A stretch of 64,000 nucleotides of DNA from Candidatus Omnitrophota bacterium (GCA_022703585.1 JAKLDJ010000001.1:440695-504694); one strand, 5' to 3'; shown: positions 9,216 to 19,724, counted from the stretch's first letter. Program-made: numbers and translations. The notes: a model not told the origin generated them from the sequence alone.

Positions 9216-10733
9216 TTAGGAGACCTCGGAAAAGCTCTTCGTCGAAAAATTCGGGTCGCAGGTTAGATTAACCCCCAACCGCCTTAAGCCCGCCTCGTCA
9301 CCCGGCGTGGGGATGTGAGTAATGTGCATCTCACAACCCTGTAGTTCTTTTAATTTCTCCATCGCCATCTGCGCTGACGGATTGGTCGCCGCGCTGATGC
9401 TCAGCGTAATCAGGGCCTCGTCCAAATCAAGGCTGATGGTCTTGGCGTTAAAAATATGTTTCTTGAAATTCGCGATCGATTCAATGATATTAGGCGACAG
9501 AATGTGCATCTTGTCGGGAATTTCCGCCAGTTTCTTTGCCACGTTCAATACCAGGCTCGAGGAGGCGTGCATGGAAGGCGAATTTTTTCCGGTGACAATA
9601 GACCCGTCTTTTAACTCGACCGCCGCGCCGCAGAAGATCCCTTCATTGCCCTTGCCGCTTTTTCGTCCCTCCCCGGCGGCCTTTCGCGCCGGCTCAACCA
9701 CGCGCCGGTCTTCGGGCTTAACACCCAATTCTTCCATCAAAAGCTTCGCCCTTTCCACGGTTTCCTTATCCGCCAACCCGACCATGTATTCACAGTTGTA
9801 GCGAAAATAGCGGCGTATAACTTCCTGCCGGGACGCATCCTGCACGGCCGCGTCGTCCACGATTCCGTAGCCGGCACGGTTTACCCCCATATCCGTCGGG
9901 GATTTGTACATCGAAGAGCCGGTAATCCTTTCCAGTATCCTTTTGAGGACCGGAAACACTTCCACGTCACGGTTATAATTGATCGCCGTCTTGCCGTAAC
10001 TCTCCAGGTGAAACGGGTCAATGAGATTAAAATCGCGGATATCCGCGGTCGCCGATTCGTAGGCCACGTTGACGGGATGTTTAAGCGGAATATTCCATAT
10101 GGGAAAGGTTTCGAATTTCGCGTAACCGCACTCTATCCCGCGTTTATGGTCATGATAGAGCTGAGAAAGGCAGGTGGCGAGTTTTCCGCTGCCCGGCCCG
10201 GGTCCGGTAACAATAATCAAACGGTTTTTGGTTTCAATATACGGATTAGCGCCGTAACCGCTCTCACTGACGATGGTGTCAATATCCGTCGGGTAACCTT
10301 TGGTAAAACGGTGGGTATATACCTTAATGCCTTTGCGCTCCAGTTTATTTTTGAAAATAGTAGCGGCGGGCTGATTGTCAAAGCGAGTAATCACAACCGC
10401 CAGGATATCAATGCCCCATTCTTTAAGATCGTCGATCTGTTTAAGTGCGTCCACGTCATAGGTGATCCCAAAGTCCGCCCTGATCTTGCGCCGTTCAATG
10501 TCGCCGGCGTAAATGCACAGGATGATATCGGATTTATCCTGAAGTTTTTTAAGCAGTCGCATTTTAACGTTAGGGTCAAAGCCGGGCAAGACCCGCGCGG
10601 CATGATAATCGTAAAGGAGTTTGCCGCCAAACTCCAGATACAGCTTCCCGCCGAATTTCTTAACCCTCTCGAGGATAGCCTCGCTTTGTTCCTTTAAGTA
10701 TTTTTCGTTATCAAAGCCGATTTTTTTGGACAT
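9216..10733 (-). CDS. Conserved uncharacterised ~500-aa protein. Resembles the UPF0371/DUF1846 family, but this is from memory only.
   Basis: 505-aa ORF with GGGAGA RBS. Size and composition match, but no catalytic motif I can name. Confidence 0.5.
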   Translation of the reverse strand: MSKKIGFDNEKYLKEQSEAILERVKKFGGKLYLEFGGKLLYDYHAARVLPGFDPNVKMRLLKKLQDKSDIILCIYAGDIERRKIRADFGITYDVDALKQIDDLKEWGIDILAVVITRFDNQPAATIFKNKLERKGIKVYTHRFTKGYPTDIDTIVSESGYGANPYIETKNRLIIVTGPGPGSGKLATCLSQLYHDHKRGIECGYAKFETFPIWNIPLKHPVNVAYESATADIRDFNLIDPFHLESYGKTAINYNRDVEVFPVLKRILERITGSSMYKSPTDMGVNRAGYGIVDDAAVQDASRQEVIRRYFRYNCEYMVGLADKETVERAKLLMEELGVKPEDRRVVEPARKAAGEGRKSGKGNEGIFCGAAVELKDGSIVTGKNSPSMHASSSLVLNVAKKLAEIPDKMHILSPNIIESIANFKKHIFNAKTISLDLDEALITLSISAATNPSAQMAMEKLKELQGCEMHITHIPTPGDEAGLRRLGVNLTCDPNFSTKSFSEVS

Positions 10734-10770
10734 GCTTATCTCCCGATTGAAAACAACTTTTTAAAAGCGC

Positions 10771-11301
10771 TCATGCTCTTTTAGAGACGCTGCTTTGCGC
10801 CAAGACCACCGACGTCTCGACCTGGCGGGCTGGAATCTTCCAGTATTTCTTTAAAAGCCGGTTTTTTTCTTCTTGGGAAACGGTTTGAAATCCGTGTTTT
10901 TCATAAAAACCAATAGCCCAAACCGCCGCAGCCCAGGTGCCGATGAGAATAGGGCGCGTGGTTTGCGCGCAAAGGTGCCTTAAAAGCCGGCCTCCTATTC
11001 CCTTGTTTCTTTTAAGCGTGCGCACATAGGCGTGGCGGATGAGGGTAACGTCTAAAACATCCTGAATACCCATTACCCCGTCGAGGATACCGTTGTCTTC
11101 GTACCCCCAAAACACAACGCCGTCATCTATTTCGCGCCTCAATTGTTCTTTGGACATGTAGGGCTCGTGCCAGCAATCGGAAGGGATAACACCTTTGTAG
11201 GCCGAGGCAGCGTCATTAATGATCGCGTAAATGACGTTAAAATCTTTTTCGTCGCAACGGCGGATGGGGCCCGTTGTTTTATCCGTGGTGAGATGACTCA
11301 T
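10771..11301 (-). CDS. GNAT family N-acetyltransferase.
   Basis: Acetyl-CoA binding motif region RHAYVRTLKRNKGIGGRLLRHL and ...FYEKHGF. Confidence 0.75.
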   Translation of the reverse strand: MSHLTTDKTTGPIRRCDEKDFNVIYAIINDAASAYKGVIPSDCWHEPYMSKEQLRREIDDGVVFWGYEDNGILDGVMGIQDVLDVTLIRHAYVRTLKRNKGIGGRLLRHLCAQTTRPILIGTWAAAVWAIGFYEKHGFQTVSQEEKNRLLKKYWKIPARQVETSVVLAQSSVSKRA

Positions 11302-11440
11302 TGTGGAATATTTTATCTTTTAGAGAGAAGGGCGGCCCTTCGGGCCGCCCTTCAGAATATTTATCTTATTGAAAACATGGGGATATTTTATCGCCGAATG
11401 CGTTCATGCGCAAGACAAATCACTGTTTAAAAGAAGAAAA

Positions 11441-12238
11441 TTATCCGTTCATTCCGGGCAATGTTTTTCGTGCCCGCTTTACTGCTTCCAAGGAAAGATC
11501 GGCGTAAATAATTTCTTCCTTTTCTCCGCCGGCGCGGGCAATCACTTTTCCCCAGGGGTCCACCGCCATGCTGTTGCCGTAAGAAACAACGCTGCCTTGT
11601 CCCTGCCCGGCCTGATTAGGTGCCAGTACGTAACAAAGATTTTCAATCGCCCGGGCCCTTAATAAAATCTCCCAGTGGGCCCGGCCCGTCGTTTTTGTAA
11701 ACGACGATGGGATGCACAGAATATTCGCGCCCTTGGCGCCGTAACCCTTGAAAAGTTCCGGAAATCGTACATCATAACAAATCGACATGCCGACTTTAAA
11801 ATCTTTGGCGCGCGTAGTTCTCGGATACCTTCCCGCTAAAAAATATTTTGACTCCTTAATCCTTTTTCCGTCAACAACGGCGTCGAATAAATGAATTTTC
11901 CGGTATTTGGCAATGATCTTGCCTCTATCGTTAATGAAAATCGAGGCGTTAAACACCCTTTTCCCGCCCGGGGCTTTTTCGTAGATTGAGCCAGCAAGGA
12001 TAAAGACTTTGTGCACCCTGGCAAGTTCTATAAAAGGCCGGGTTGATTCTCCGGGGATCAATTCCGCTATTCTATAAAACCCGTCTCTTTTATCGGCCGG
12101 CCCGCGGTAATTAAAGACTTCAGGCAGAAGAATAAATTTGGCCTTGCAAGAAATTGCCCGGCGGACAAGCATGAGGGCGCGCCGGATATTTTTCTTTTTG
12201 TCATCAGTCGGATTGGTCTGAATCAGGGCAGTCTTCAT
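11441..12238 (-). CDS. Carbon-nitrogen hydrolase (nitrilase/omega-amidase superfamily).
   Basis: Catalytic-triad context: E in FILLPEVF, K in YRKIHLFD, C in GMSICYDVRFPE. Confidence 0.85.
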   Translation of the reverse strand: MKTALIQTNPTDDKKKNIRRALMLVRRAISCKAKFILLPEVFNYRGPADKRDGFYRIAELIPGESTRPFIELARVHKVFILAGSIYEKAPGGKRVFNASIFINDRGKIIAKYRKIHLFDAVVDGKRIKESKYFLAGRYPRTTRAKDFKVGMSICYDVRFPELFKGYGAKGANILCIPSSFTKTTGRAHWEILLRARAIENLCYVLAPNQAGQGQGSVVSYGNSMAVDPWGKVIARAGGEKEEIIYADLSLEAVKRARKTLPGMNG

Positions 12239-12304
12239 GGAAAGATTTTTCCCGGTGGATTATTGGACAATCGCAAAGGGTGCGGCCGGCAGTTTTTTGT
12301 AGAG

Positions 12305-13696
12305 CTAAATTCTCGAGCTTGAGCCTTTTTTGACAAACTCTTGCATAATCTCGAAATCAAGCAGGCCCATTTCATATAGTTCTTTGAGACGGCTTTCCAA
12401 GGTATACATCCCGTACTCGCGGCCGGTTTGTATGCTTAAGGGCATCTGGATAAATTTTCCTTCGCGTATCATATTTCTTACCGCCGTGCTGACAATCAGC
12501 AGTTCCGTGGCTAAAACACGCCCTCCCATCCGTCCGGGAAGCAAACGCTGAAACAGAATCCCTATGAGGCATGAGGCGATCTGCTGACAAATGCTCGCGG
12601 CATGCTCGGGAGGAAAAAGATTGACCAGTCTTTCAATAGCCTGGGTAGTGTCGGGGGCGTGCACTGTTGAAATAACCAGATGGCCGGTCTCGGCTGCCCG
12701 GATAGAAGACAGCACGCACTCGCTGTCTAAGAGCTCGCCCACCACGACCACGTCGGGATCCTGATGAAGGCTGCGTTTTAAGGCCTCGGCATAGGAAAGG
12801 GTGTCGCTTCCCAGTTCGCGCTGCTTGATGACACCTTTCTGGCTGACATGAACATACTCGACCGGGTCTTCGATAGTAATAACGACCCTCTCTTGGGTCT
12901 TGTTGATAAAATCGATCATGGAGGCCATGGTCGTCGTCTTGCCACTGCCCGTGGGCCCGGCGACAAGAATCAACCCTGACTTTTCTTTGCAAAAACGTTC
13001 CATCGCCTCGACAGGCAAGGCCAAATCTTTAAAGCTTTTTGTCGTCGGGGGGATACTTCTTAAGGTGGCCTCCAAAAATCCTTTTTGCAGATGCATGTTG
13101 GTGCGAAAGCGGGAGCTGAGGCTGGGGGAAAAAGCAAAATCCAATTCTTTATTTTTCTCAAAGTTTGCGATTTGAGTATTGCTTAACAGCGGATAGATCA
13201 TGGCCTTGATCTGACCCTCTTCCAAGGTATCCATTTTTAGAGTTTGTATCCTGCCGTCTTTTCTTACAATAGGCGAACGGCCGACGGTTAAGTGCAAATC
13301 AGAGGCCCCAAGCTTAAGCGCCTGGTCTAGAATAGAATACAGGTTTAGTTTCTCCAGCGAGGAGGCAATGAAATTCCGGTCCTCGGGACTAATTTCGTGA
13401 AAGGCAGCCCCAATCAAATAGGCCTCTTTGCCCATGACGGTTTCGATGCGGGCTACTTTTAATTTTGTCCTGATGGGTTTTTTACTGCCGGGCAGATGAA
13501 TTTCCGTCAAGATAACAGTGTCGATAGGATAGATGCTTCTGGATTCAAAGGAAATGCCGTTGGCGCTTAAATCTTTATTGATAACCTCTATTCCCCGCCC
13601 GACGGGTTTGTTGTCGCCGGAAATCTCCCAGCAGATCATGGGGACGCGGACATTGCGCCTTTCCCAAAATCTTTTGTTTTGATCAAAATTAAGCAC
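12305..13696 (-). CDS. PilZ-domain / PilT-type twitching-motility ATPase fusion protein (GTG start).
   Basis: N-terminal ~110 aa PilZ-like (RRNVRVPMICWEI...GISFES). C-terminal PilT/PilU core with Walker A GPTGSGKTT, Asp box, Walker B VVVVGEL and His box TVHA. Confidence 0.8.
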   Translation of the reverse strand: MLNFDQNKRFWERRNVRVPMICWEISGDNKPVGRGIEVINKDLSANGISFESRSIYPIDTVILTEIHLPGSKKPIRTKLKVARIETVMGKEAYLIGAAFHEISPEDRNFIASSLEKLNLYSILDQALKLGASDLHLTVGRSPIVRKDGRIQTLKMDTLEEGQIKAMIYPLLSNTQIANFEKNKELDFAFSPSLSSRFRTNMHLQKGFLEATLRSIPPTTKSFKDLALPVEAMERFCKEKSGLILVAGPTGSGKTTTMASMIDFINKTQERVVITIEDPVEYVHVSQKGVIKQRELGSDTLSYAEALKRSLHQDPDVVVVGELLDSECVLSSIRAAETGHLVISTVHAPDTTQAIERLVNLFPPEHAASICQQIASCLIGILFQRLLPGRMGGRVLATELLIVSTAVRNMIREGKFIQMPLSIQTGREYGMYTLESRLKELYEMGLLDFEIMQEFVKKGSSSRI

Positions 13697-13821
13697 CCAG
13701 GCCTCTTTCTTAAACCGGCTGTCTTTATAGATTTTAAACGCGCTTCTCTAAAACACAACAGCTTAATTATAGAGCGCCCGTTTGAGCTTGGCAATGAAAA
13801 GCGCGATAATCCACAGCCACC

Positions 13822-15207
13822 TTATTTGTGCGCCTTTTTTGTGTGGGCCTTGGGGAACCCTTCAATAGCCTTGATGGATTTCTTTAATTCGCCATCCGGC
13901 AGCGAATATCGCTCCAGCTTGCCGGTGAGATATTTTTCGTATCCGGCCAAATCCATCAGGCCGTGGCCGCTATAGTTAAACAAGATGACTTTTTCCTTGC
14001 CCTCTTCCTTGGCCTTTTTGGCCTCTTCGATTGTCACGGCAATCGCGTGACTGGTCTCGGGGGCGCAGATAAACCCTTCGGTCTTGGCCCAAATCATGGC
14101 CGATTCGTAACATTGCACCTGATCAACCGAACGGGGCGTCAATAAGCCTTCTTCAATACCGTGGCTGACCATCGGCGCCATGCCGTGATACCGTAAACCC
14201 CCGGCGTGAATCGGCGGAGGGACAAATTGGTGCCCGAGGGTGTACATCGCCAGCAAAGGCGTCATCCCGGCCATATCGCCGAAGTCATAGGCAAAAATCC
14301 CCCGCGTCATCTTCGGGCACGACGAAGACTCAACCGGAATAATCTCGATTTTCTCGCCGTTAATCTTATCGTGCACAAACGGAAATGCGATCCCGGCAAA
14401 ATTGCTTCCGCCGCCGGCGCAGCCGATGACAATATCCGGCTTCTTCTCTCCGGCGATCTTTAGCTGCTTCTTGGCCTCAAGGCCGATAATGGTTTGATGC
14501 AAAAGGACGTGGTTTAAAACGCTGCCCAGCGAATAACGCGTCTGGCCGGATTTGTCCCCCACCGCCTCCTCAATCGCTTCGCTAATGGCAATCCCAAGGC
14601 TGCCGGGAGTATCCGGCATCCTTTTTAAAACCTCTTTTCCGAAATGCGTCTCGTGGCTGGGGCTGGCCACACACTTGGCCCCCCAGACATGCATCATGAG
14701 TTTGCGCATCGGTTTCTGGTCAAAGCTGACGCGCACCATAAAAACCTTGCACTCAAGTCCCAGCAAACTACAAGCGAATGCCAGGGCCGTGCCCCATTGC
14801 CCGGCACCGGTTTCGGTGGTGAGTTTCTTGATGCCGAATTTTTTGTTGTACCAGGCCTGGGCAACCGCGGTATTGGGTTTATGACTGCCACCGGGTGAGA
14901 CGCTTTCGTCTTTGTAGTAAATACGCGCCGGTGTTTTGAGATATTCTTCCAGATATTTAGCACGCCGTAACGGCACCGGACGCCAGCGGGCAAGGATCTC
15001 GAGAATTTCTTCGGGGATATCAATCCAGCGCTCCCGGCTGACCTCCTGCTCGATTAAATTCATCGGGAAGACCGCTGCCAGCTGGTCGGGAGAAATTACT
15101 TTCCCGTCGGGGCCTATGGGCGGCAAGCAGCCGGGCATGTCGGCGTTGAGGTTGTACCACTGGCGCGGCATTTCTTTTTCGCTTAAATTGATTTTGATTT
15201 CGCTCAT
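13822..15207 (-). CDS. trpB2: Tryptophan synthase beta-chain-like PLP enzyme, TrpB2 type (stand-alone).
   Basis: TrpB2-type N-terminus MSEIKINLSEKEMPRQWYN. PLP-lysine context HGGSHKPNTA. GGAG RBS before the internal ATG. The track's N-terminal 60-aa extension is rejected. Confidence 0.85.
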   Translation of the reverse strand: MSEIKINLSEKEMPRQWYNLNADMPGCLPPIGPDGKVISPDQLAAVFPMNLIEQEVSRERWIDIPEEILEILARWRPVPLRRAKYLEEYLKTPARIYYKDESVSPGGSHKPNTAVAQAWYNKKFGIKKLTTETGAGQWGTALAFACSLLGLECKVFMVRVSFDQKPMRKLMMHVWGAKCVASPSHETHFGKEVLKRMPDTPGSLGIAISEAIEEAVGDKSGQTRYSLGSVLNHVLLHQTIIGLEAKKQLKIAGEKKPDIVIGCAGGGSNFAGIAFPFVHDKINGEKIEIIPVESSSCPKMTRGIFAYDFGDMAGMTPLLAMYTLGHQFVPPPIHAGGLRYHGMAPMVSHGIEEGLLTPRSVDQVQCYESAMIWAKTEGFICAPETSHAIAVTIEEAKKAKEEGKEKVILFNYSGHGLMDLAGYEKYLTGKLERYSLPDGELKKSIKAIEGFPKAHTKKAHK

Positions 15208-15459
15208 AAAAACTCCTTTAATTATTTTAAAATTTTGAAAGAATACGCTGTGAAAATACGAAGTTATTTTACTGCGGATAACCAATGAAGGCAAGGGCGT
15301 AAATAAAAAACCCACAGCCTTAAATCCGCGGAGAGCGCAGCGTGAAATCCTATCTAAATAATATTTTCTCTTCTTCCCATTCAATTTCTACCGTATTATA
15401 ATTTATGGTGAGGTTCAGCCATGCGACGATCCAACGTGTAGCCATACACGAGGTTTCCC

Positions 15460-16923
15460 ATGGATAAAAAAATGAAAATAACCCCTTTTGAAGGTTCTTC
15501 GGTTTTACGAAAATTCACCATCTTCTTTATTTTAATGTCGCTGATCCCGGTTGGTGTCCTTTATTACTTGTATGCCGAGGTTAAAGAACGCGGGAAGTTG
15601 GACATCACCGCAGCTGATTTGAATTTAACCCTGATTTTTACCATGCTGGGTGTTTTAATCGGATATTTTGCTATCCGCTCTTTATTGACCAGCATCACGG
15701 GGATCGCCCGGTCAAAAGAAAATGCCCTCAAGGAAGTTTTGGGCCCGGACAAATTTCAGGAGCTCGTTGCCGGCGAACATAACGAAATCACCGTCCTGGC
15801 CAAATCCTTTAACGAGATCACATCCCGGCTTGAAGCCAATATCAAAAGCCTTGAAATCGCCAAAAAAACCCTTCATTCGGTCCTCTCCCGGGTAGGGGAA
15901 GGTATTTCGTCGATGCAAAATATCGATAATTTTCTCAATCTTATCGTCGAGACGGTCACCGACGCCCTGCAGGCCAATGTTGGGGCCCTGATGCTCTTTG
16001 ACGAACAAAAAAATGAGCTTCTTGTTAAATCGGTTTACGGCGCCAACCCGGGAGCGAGAGAAATCCGTCTTAAGGCGGACGAATGCGCGGCCGGGATCAC
16101 CATCAAGACCCAAAAGCCGCTCATGATTCCAAAATTGGCCAGCCAAAACACGACTTCTTCCAAATACGGATTTTTATTTGAAGAGCCTTTATTGTGCGCG
16201 CCTTTGATCCTGCACGATAAAACCCTGGGGGTGATTTCGGTCAGCCGAAAAAAAGACGGCGGGAATTTTGATGAAGAGGAATTAAATCTGCTTTACAACC
16301 TGGCGCTTCAAACCGCGGTGGCGGTGGAGAACGCCAAGCTCAACAAAGACGCCGAGAAAACCTATTTTGAAACCATATCCGCCCTGGCTTTGGCCGTCGA
16401 TGCCAAAGACCCGTATTCGCGCGGGCACTTGGACCGCGTGGCAAAATACGCGGTGCAAATCGCCGAGCGATTCGGGTTAAGTGTGGACGAAAAAAATACG
16501 CTGCGCGACGCCGCCCGGCTTCACGACCTTGGAAAAATCGGCGTCACCGACGAAATCTTAAGCCGCCCGGGCCCTTTGGATGCCGAGGCATGGTCGCTGA
16601 TGAAAAAACACCCCGAGATCGGGGAAGGCATTATCAAACCGATCAGCTCTTTACGGAACCTCTGCGACATCATCCGCCATCACCACGAAATGCTCGACGG
16701 CAGCGGCTACCCCGACGGACTAAAAGGCGATGAGATCAGTTTGTTTGCTCGGATTTTATCGGTCGCGGATATCTTTGATGCCATTACCACCGACCGCCCC
16801 TACCGCAAGGCCTGCACTCCAAACGAGGCCATTGCCAAATTGCGGGAGATGAAAACAGCGATCGATCAAAAGGTGGTTGGTGCCCTGCAGGATTTTGTGA
16901 ATGAAAACAGGCAGGTGATGTAG
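15460..16923 (+). CDS. Membrane-anchored HAMP-GAF-HD-GYP protein (probable c-di-GMP phosphodiesterase).
   Basis: N-terminal TM helices. HD motif RLHDLGKIG. HHHEMLDGSGYPDGL = GYP motif. Confidence 0.85.
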   Translation: MDKKMKITPFEGSSVLRKFTIFFILMSLIPVGVLYYLYAEVKERGKLDITAADLNLTLIFTMLGVLIGYFAIRSLLTSITGIARSKENALKEVLGPDKFQELVAGEHNEITVLAKSFNEITSRLEANIKSLEIAKKTLHSVLSRVGEGISSMQNIDNFLNLIVETVTDALQANVGALMLFDEQKNELLVKSVYGANPGAREIRLKADECAAGITIKTQKPLMIPKLASQNTTSSKYGFLFEEPLLCAPLILHDKTLGVISVSRKKDGGNFDEEELNLLYNLALQTAVAVENAKLNKDAEKTYFETISALALAVDAKDPYSRGHLDRVAKYAVQIAERFGLSVDEKNTLRDAARLHDLGKIGVTDEILSRPGPLDAEAWSLMKKHPEIGEGIIKPISSLRNLCDIIRHHHEMLDGSGYPDGLKGDEISLFARILSVADIFDAITTDRPYRKACTPNEAIAKLREMKTAIDQKVVGALQDFVNENRQVM

Positions 16924-16937
16924 GCCTTCTTTAAACC

Positions 16938-19724
16938 CTATTCCCGCACCCTAATCAGATAGATGCGCCCATCTTGTTGATAGACAACTTTGTCGCCGGA
17001 AATCTTTGGCGCTTCTTCCGACAGCGGATTATCCGTTAACGCGACATCCTGGAAATCAGCGTTTTGCAAATCAGTGATTCGGATATCCTTATTGCCCGCG
17101 CGGCTATCTTCCCAGACGATGCGGCTGCCGCTAATATCCGGGCTGGTCTGGCTTGAAGAATTATTAACAACCGCTGTTGTCTGGCCGCTGGCGATGTCAT
17201 AGAGCATAATGTCCTTATTGTTATTGCCGTTACGATAGTCCTCCCAGACAATCTTATTGGCGTCTATTTTCGCCCTCAGCTTGACCCAATCACCGTTATC
17301 CACCGGGATAAGACCGCCGTCATCTGGGGTGCCGTAGAGCCGATCCAAGCCCAGGTCGTAGCTAAGGATATCATAAAATGCTCCGCGTTTACTCTCCCAG
17401 ACGATATAGCGGCTCCAGATGTCGGGTCGGGCAGCTTCGGGATTCCCTTCGGCAACGCGATGGATACCGCCTGACGGCATAAGAGTCCGATTAAACGACG
17501 GGGGCGGCGGCGCATAATGAAAAACGTCTTTTAAATTGCCCCCAAGATATTCTTGCCATACGAGGGCATTATTATAAATAGCCGGGAATTGGGCATTGCT
17601 TGCCGCGGACGTGATGGCGCTGACCCCGATGTCATCGGAAGTCCCGAACAGCCCGTCACCGCCCAAGCGATAAGTGAAGAGGCGGGACTTGCTATCCGGC
17701 TGTAGCTGTGCCCAGGCAATCGTGTTGGCGTAAATAGCCGGGTCGCTATCCCGCGCGGCAGACGATGTCACCTGTCTTTGAGGATTTGTTTCCAGGCTGT
17801 CGTCTTGCGTGCCAAAAACACCGTCCGGCCCCAGATTATATAAATAAATATTCATATCCCCCCGCCGTTCGTCTTGCCAGACAATTTTGTTTCCGTCAAT
17901 GGCGGGTTTGTTTCCCGTTGCGATCATGGCCACATCTTCATAATTGGTTTCGATATAAAACGGAAGGTTCCCGGCATTATTCTCTTCATAGCGTTCGTCG
18001 ATTTCTCCGTAATTGCCATCGCCCAGGGGATCAGTATCGCGGTCGACAACACAATAAAGGTCTGTCCCGGTGCCCGGGGCCCAACCCTCCTGCCGGGGGA
18101 CACTGACTTCAACCATCTCCTCGGAATCACCCTCCATGTCAATCTCTGTTTCAGCGATACGCGTGCCTCCCTGCTCGGGATCGCCTTCAAAAAGCTCAAC
18201 CGGAGCGTTGGCGACCGCACCCAGTCCGTTATTTTCGATCCGGATGCGGAAACGATATTCTTCCGAGGAAGGGATAAAACCGCTGATTGCGCAGGACAAT
18301 TCCGGCTTCTGCGAATCCCCGATCACCATATGGAGCGCCGGATCGCCGAGTAAATTGTAACGGAAACGGTGCTCGGTATTAGTCACCATATTTGATTTAG
18401 CCGCCAAGACCGCATCACCTAAAATCAGGATGTTCTCCGTCAGAATGGCCGCTAACAATTGATCAGCCAGGTTTTCATTGGGGTTAAACTGGGTCTCCCG
18501 CGAGGCGCCGACAAAGGCAACCGCGCCATTGTTGCGGCAACCGTCATCAAAACAGCTGTTGACAAATAATTCTCCGAAACTCTGCTGGTTAGGGTCGCCG
18601 CCCCAGGTCCAGTCGTGCGGAAAATCATACGCGGCGGTCTTGCAGGCCATGCTCAAAATAACGGGAAGCTTCCCGGCGTTGGTGAGGCTACGGATATCAC
18701 TCTCGGTAAAGCTGGCGCTGCCCATAAGCCATGTCAATTGCGAGCCGTGGCTGTTGTGAGCCACCAGGCCCCGGCCGCCGTTGATGTCCGCTTTCATCTG
18801 GGCAATGGTCAATAGGCCGTTATCGCTATTGTCTTGAATGTCAATTTCATTGAACTCCTTGCGGTTCCTGTCCACCAAATTATTGATAATCTCCGGCCAA
18901 TGGCTCTGGATCTCATCATTGAGGGCAAATCCGCTGGACATTAAAACCTTGGCACTCCAATCACCGTCAGCGGGAGCGTCTTCATACGCCTTGGTCTTCA
19001 AGACAACATTGGCCAATTCATTCTGATTCTGGACGCTAAAACGGCCGATGGGAAAATCGCCGTTACGGTCGAGTTCGTTGATAGGGAGATTTCCGTTGTC
19101 GTCGGTAACACAGGAATACCAGTAATCAGTAGGTACGTCCATACTGGTGTAGTAGGCCGGCAGATACCAGGCGGCTGTTGCGGGATAGGCATCACCGACC
19201 AAAAGGACATACTGCAGGGCCGGCGCACCGTCGTTCCAGTGCTCGAAGACATATTTTAAAAAGGTCTTAATTTCCAAGGCCTGGGTATCGCCATTGTTGT
19301 CACCCGTATACACGATCTCATTGTTCTGAGGGATCACGTTGCCGACGGCCGCGTAGACCGCGTTCGTGCTGACGACCGCAACATCAAAACCGTTATAGTC
19401 GGCGCGGTGTTGGGCCAATTCCAGCAGGGCCGGGCTTGAATAAAAGGGCTGCGCGGCAATAATCAAATAATTCGCCCGGTTAGAGCCGGCGGCTAAATCT
19501 AAAGGAAAAAACACCTCTCCGGCGCCAGGGAGGACGGGACGAAGCCGGTCGCCTTGCTTGACGACGTCGAGGCCGGAAGAAACAGCGTTCCTGGAAAAAT
19601 CTTTTTGGGAGACGCCCGGCGCAGAAATGGAAACGGCCTTAGCAAAATCTTTTGCCAGCGAATAGTGGCCGCTTAAAATAAATATGGCAACAAGAATGCC
19701 GGTGCAAATCAATGTTCTTTTCAT
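16938..19724 (-). CDS. Secreted 928-aa protein: peptidase C25 (gingipain)-like domain plus C-terminal beta-propeller repeats.
   Basis: Signal peptide MKRTLICTGILVAIFILSGHYSLA. HNSHGSQLTW and LSMACKTAAYDF resemble the C25 catalytic His/Cys regions. Seven repeats of the IVW(E/Q)D.R.GN.DIY.YDL type. GGAGGG RBS. Confidence 0.6.
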   Translation of the reverse strand: MKRTLICTGILVAIFILSGHYSLAKDFAKAVSISAPGVSQKDFSRNAVSSGLDVVKQGDRLRPVLPGAGEVFFPLDLAAGSNRANYLIIAAQPFYSSPALLELAQHRADYNGFDVAVVSTNAVYAAVGNVIPQNNEIVYTGDNNGDTQALEIKTFLKYVFEHWNDGAPALQYVLLVGDAYPATAAWYLPAYYTSMDVPTDYWYSCVTDDNGNLPINELDRNGDFPIGRFSVQNQNELANVVLKTKAYEDAPADGDWSAKVLMSSGFALNDEIQSHWPEIINNLVDRNRKEFNEIDIQDNSDNGLLTIAQMKADINGGRGLVAHNSHGSQLTWLMGSASFTESDIRSLTNAGKLPVILSMACKTAAYDFPHDWTWGGDPNQQSFGELFVNSCFDDGCRNNGAVAFVGASRETQFNPNENLADQLLAAILTENILILGDAVLAAKSNMVTNTEHRFRYNLLGDPALHMVIGDSQKPELSCAISGFIPSSEEYRFRIRIENNGLGAVANAPVELFEGDPEQGGTRIAETEIDMEGDSEEMVEVSVPRQEGWAPGTGTDLYCVVDRDTDPLGDGNYGEIDERYEENNAGNLPFYIETNYEDVAMIATGNKPAIDGNKIVWQDERRGDMNIYLYNLGPDGVFGTQDDSLETNPQRQVTSSAARDSDPAIYANTIAWAQLQPDSKSRLFTYRLGGDGLFGTSDDIGVSAITSAASNAQFPAIYNNALVWQEYLGGNLKDVFHYAPPPPSFNRTLMPSGGIHRVAEGNPEAARPDIWSRYIVWESKRGAFYDILSYDLGLDRLYGTPDDGGLIPVDNGDWVKLRAKIDANKIVWEDYRNGNNNKDIMLYDIASGQTTAVVNNSSSQTSPDISGSRIVWEDSRAGNKDIRITDLQNADFQDVALTDNPLSEEAPKISGDKVVYQQDGRIYLIRVRE

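Noticed and set aside
13822-15384. 60-aa N-terminal extension of trpB2 in the track
   Set aside because: TrpB2 homologs start at MSEIKINL. A GGAG RBS precedes that ATG. The extension is composition-biased.
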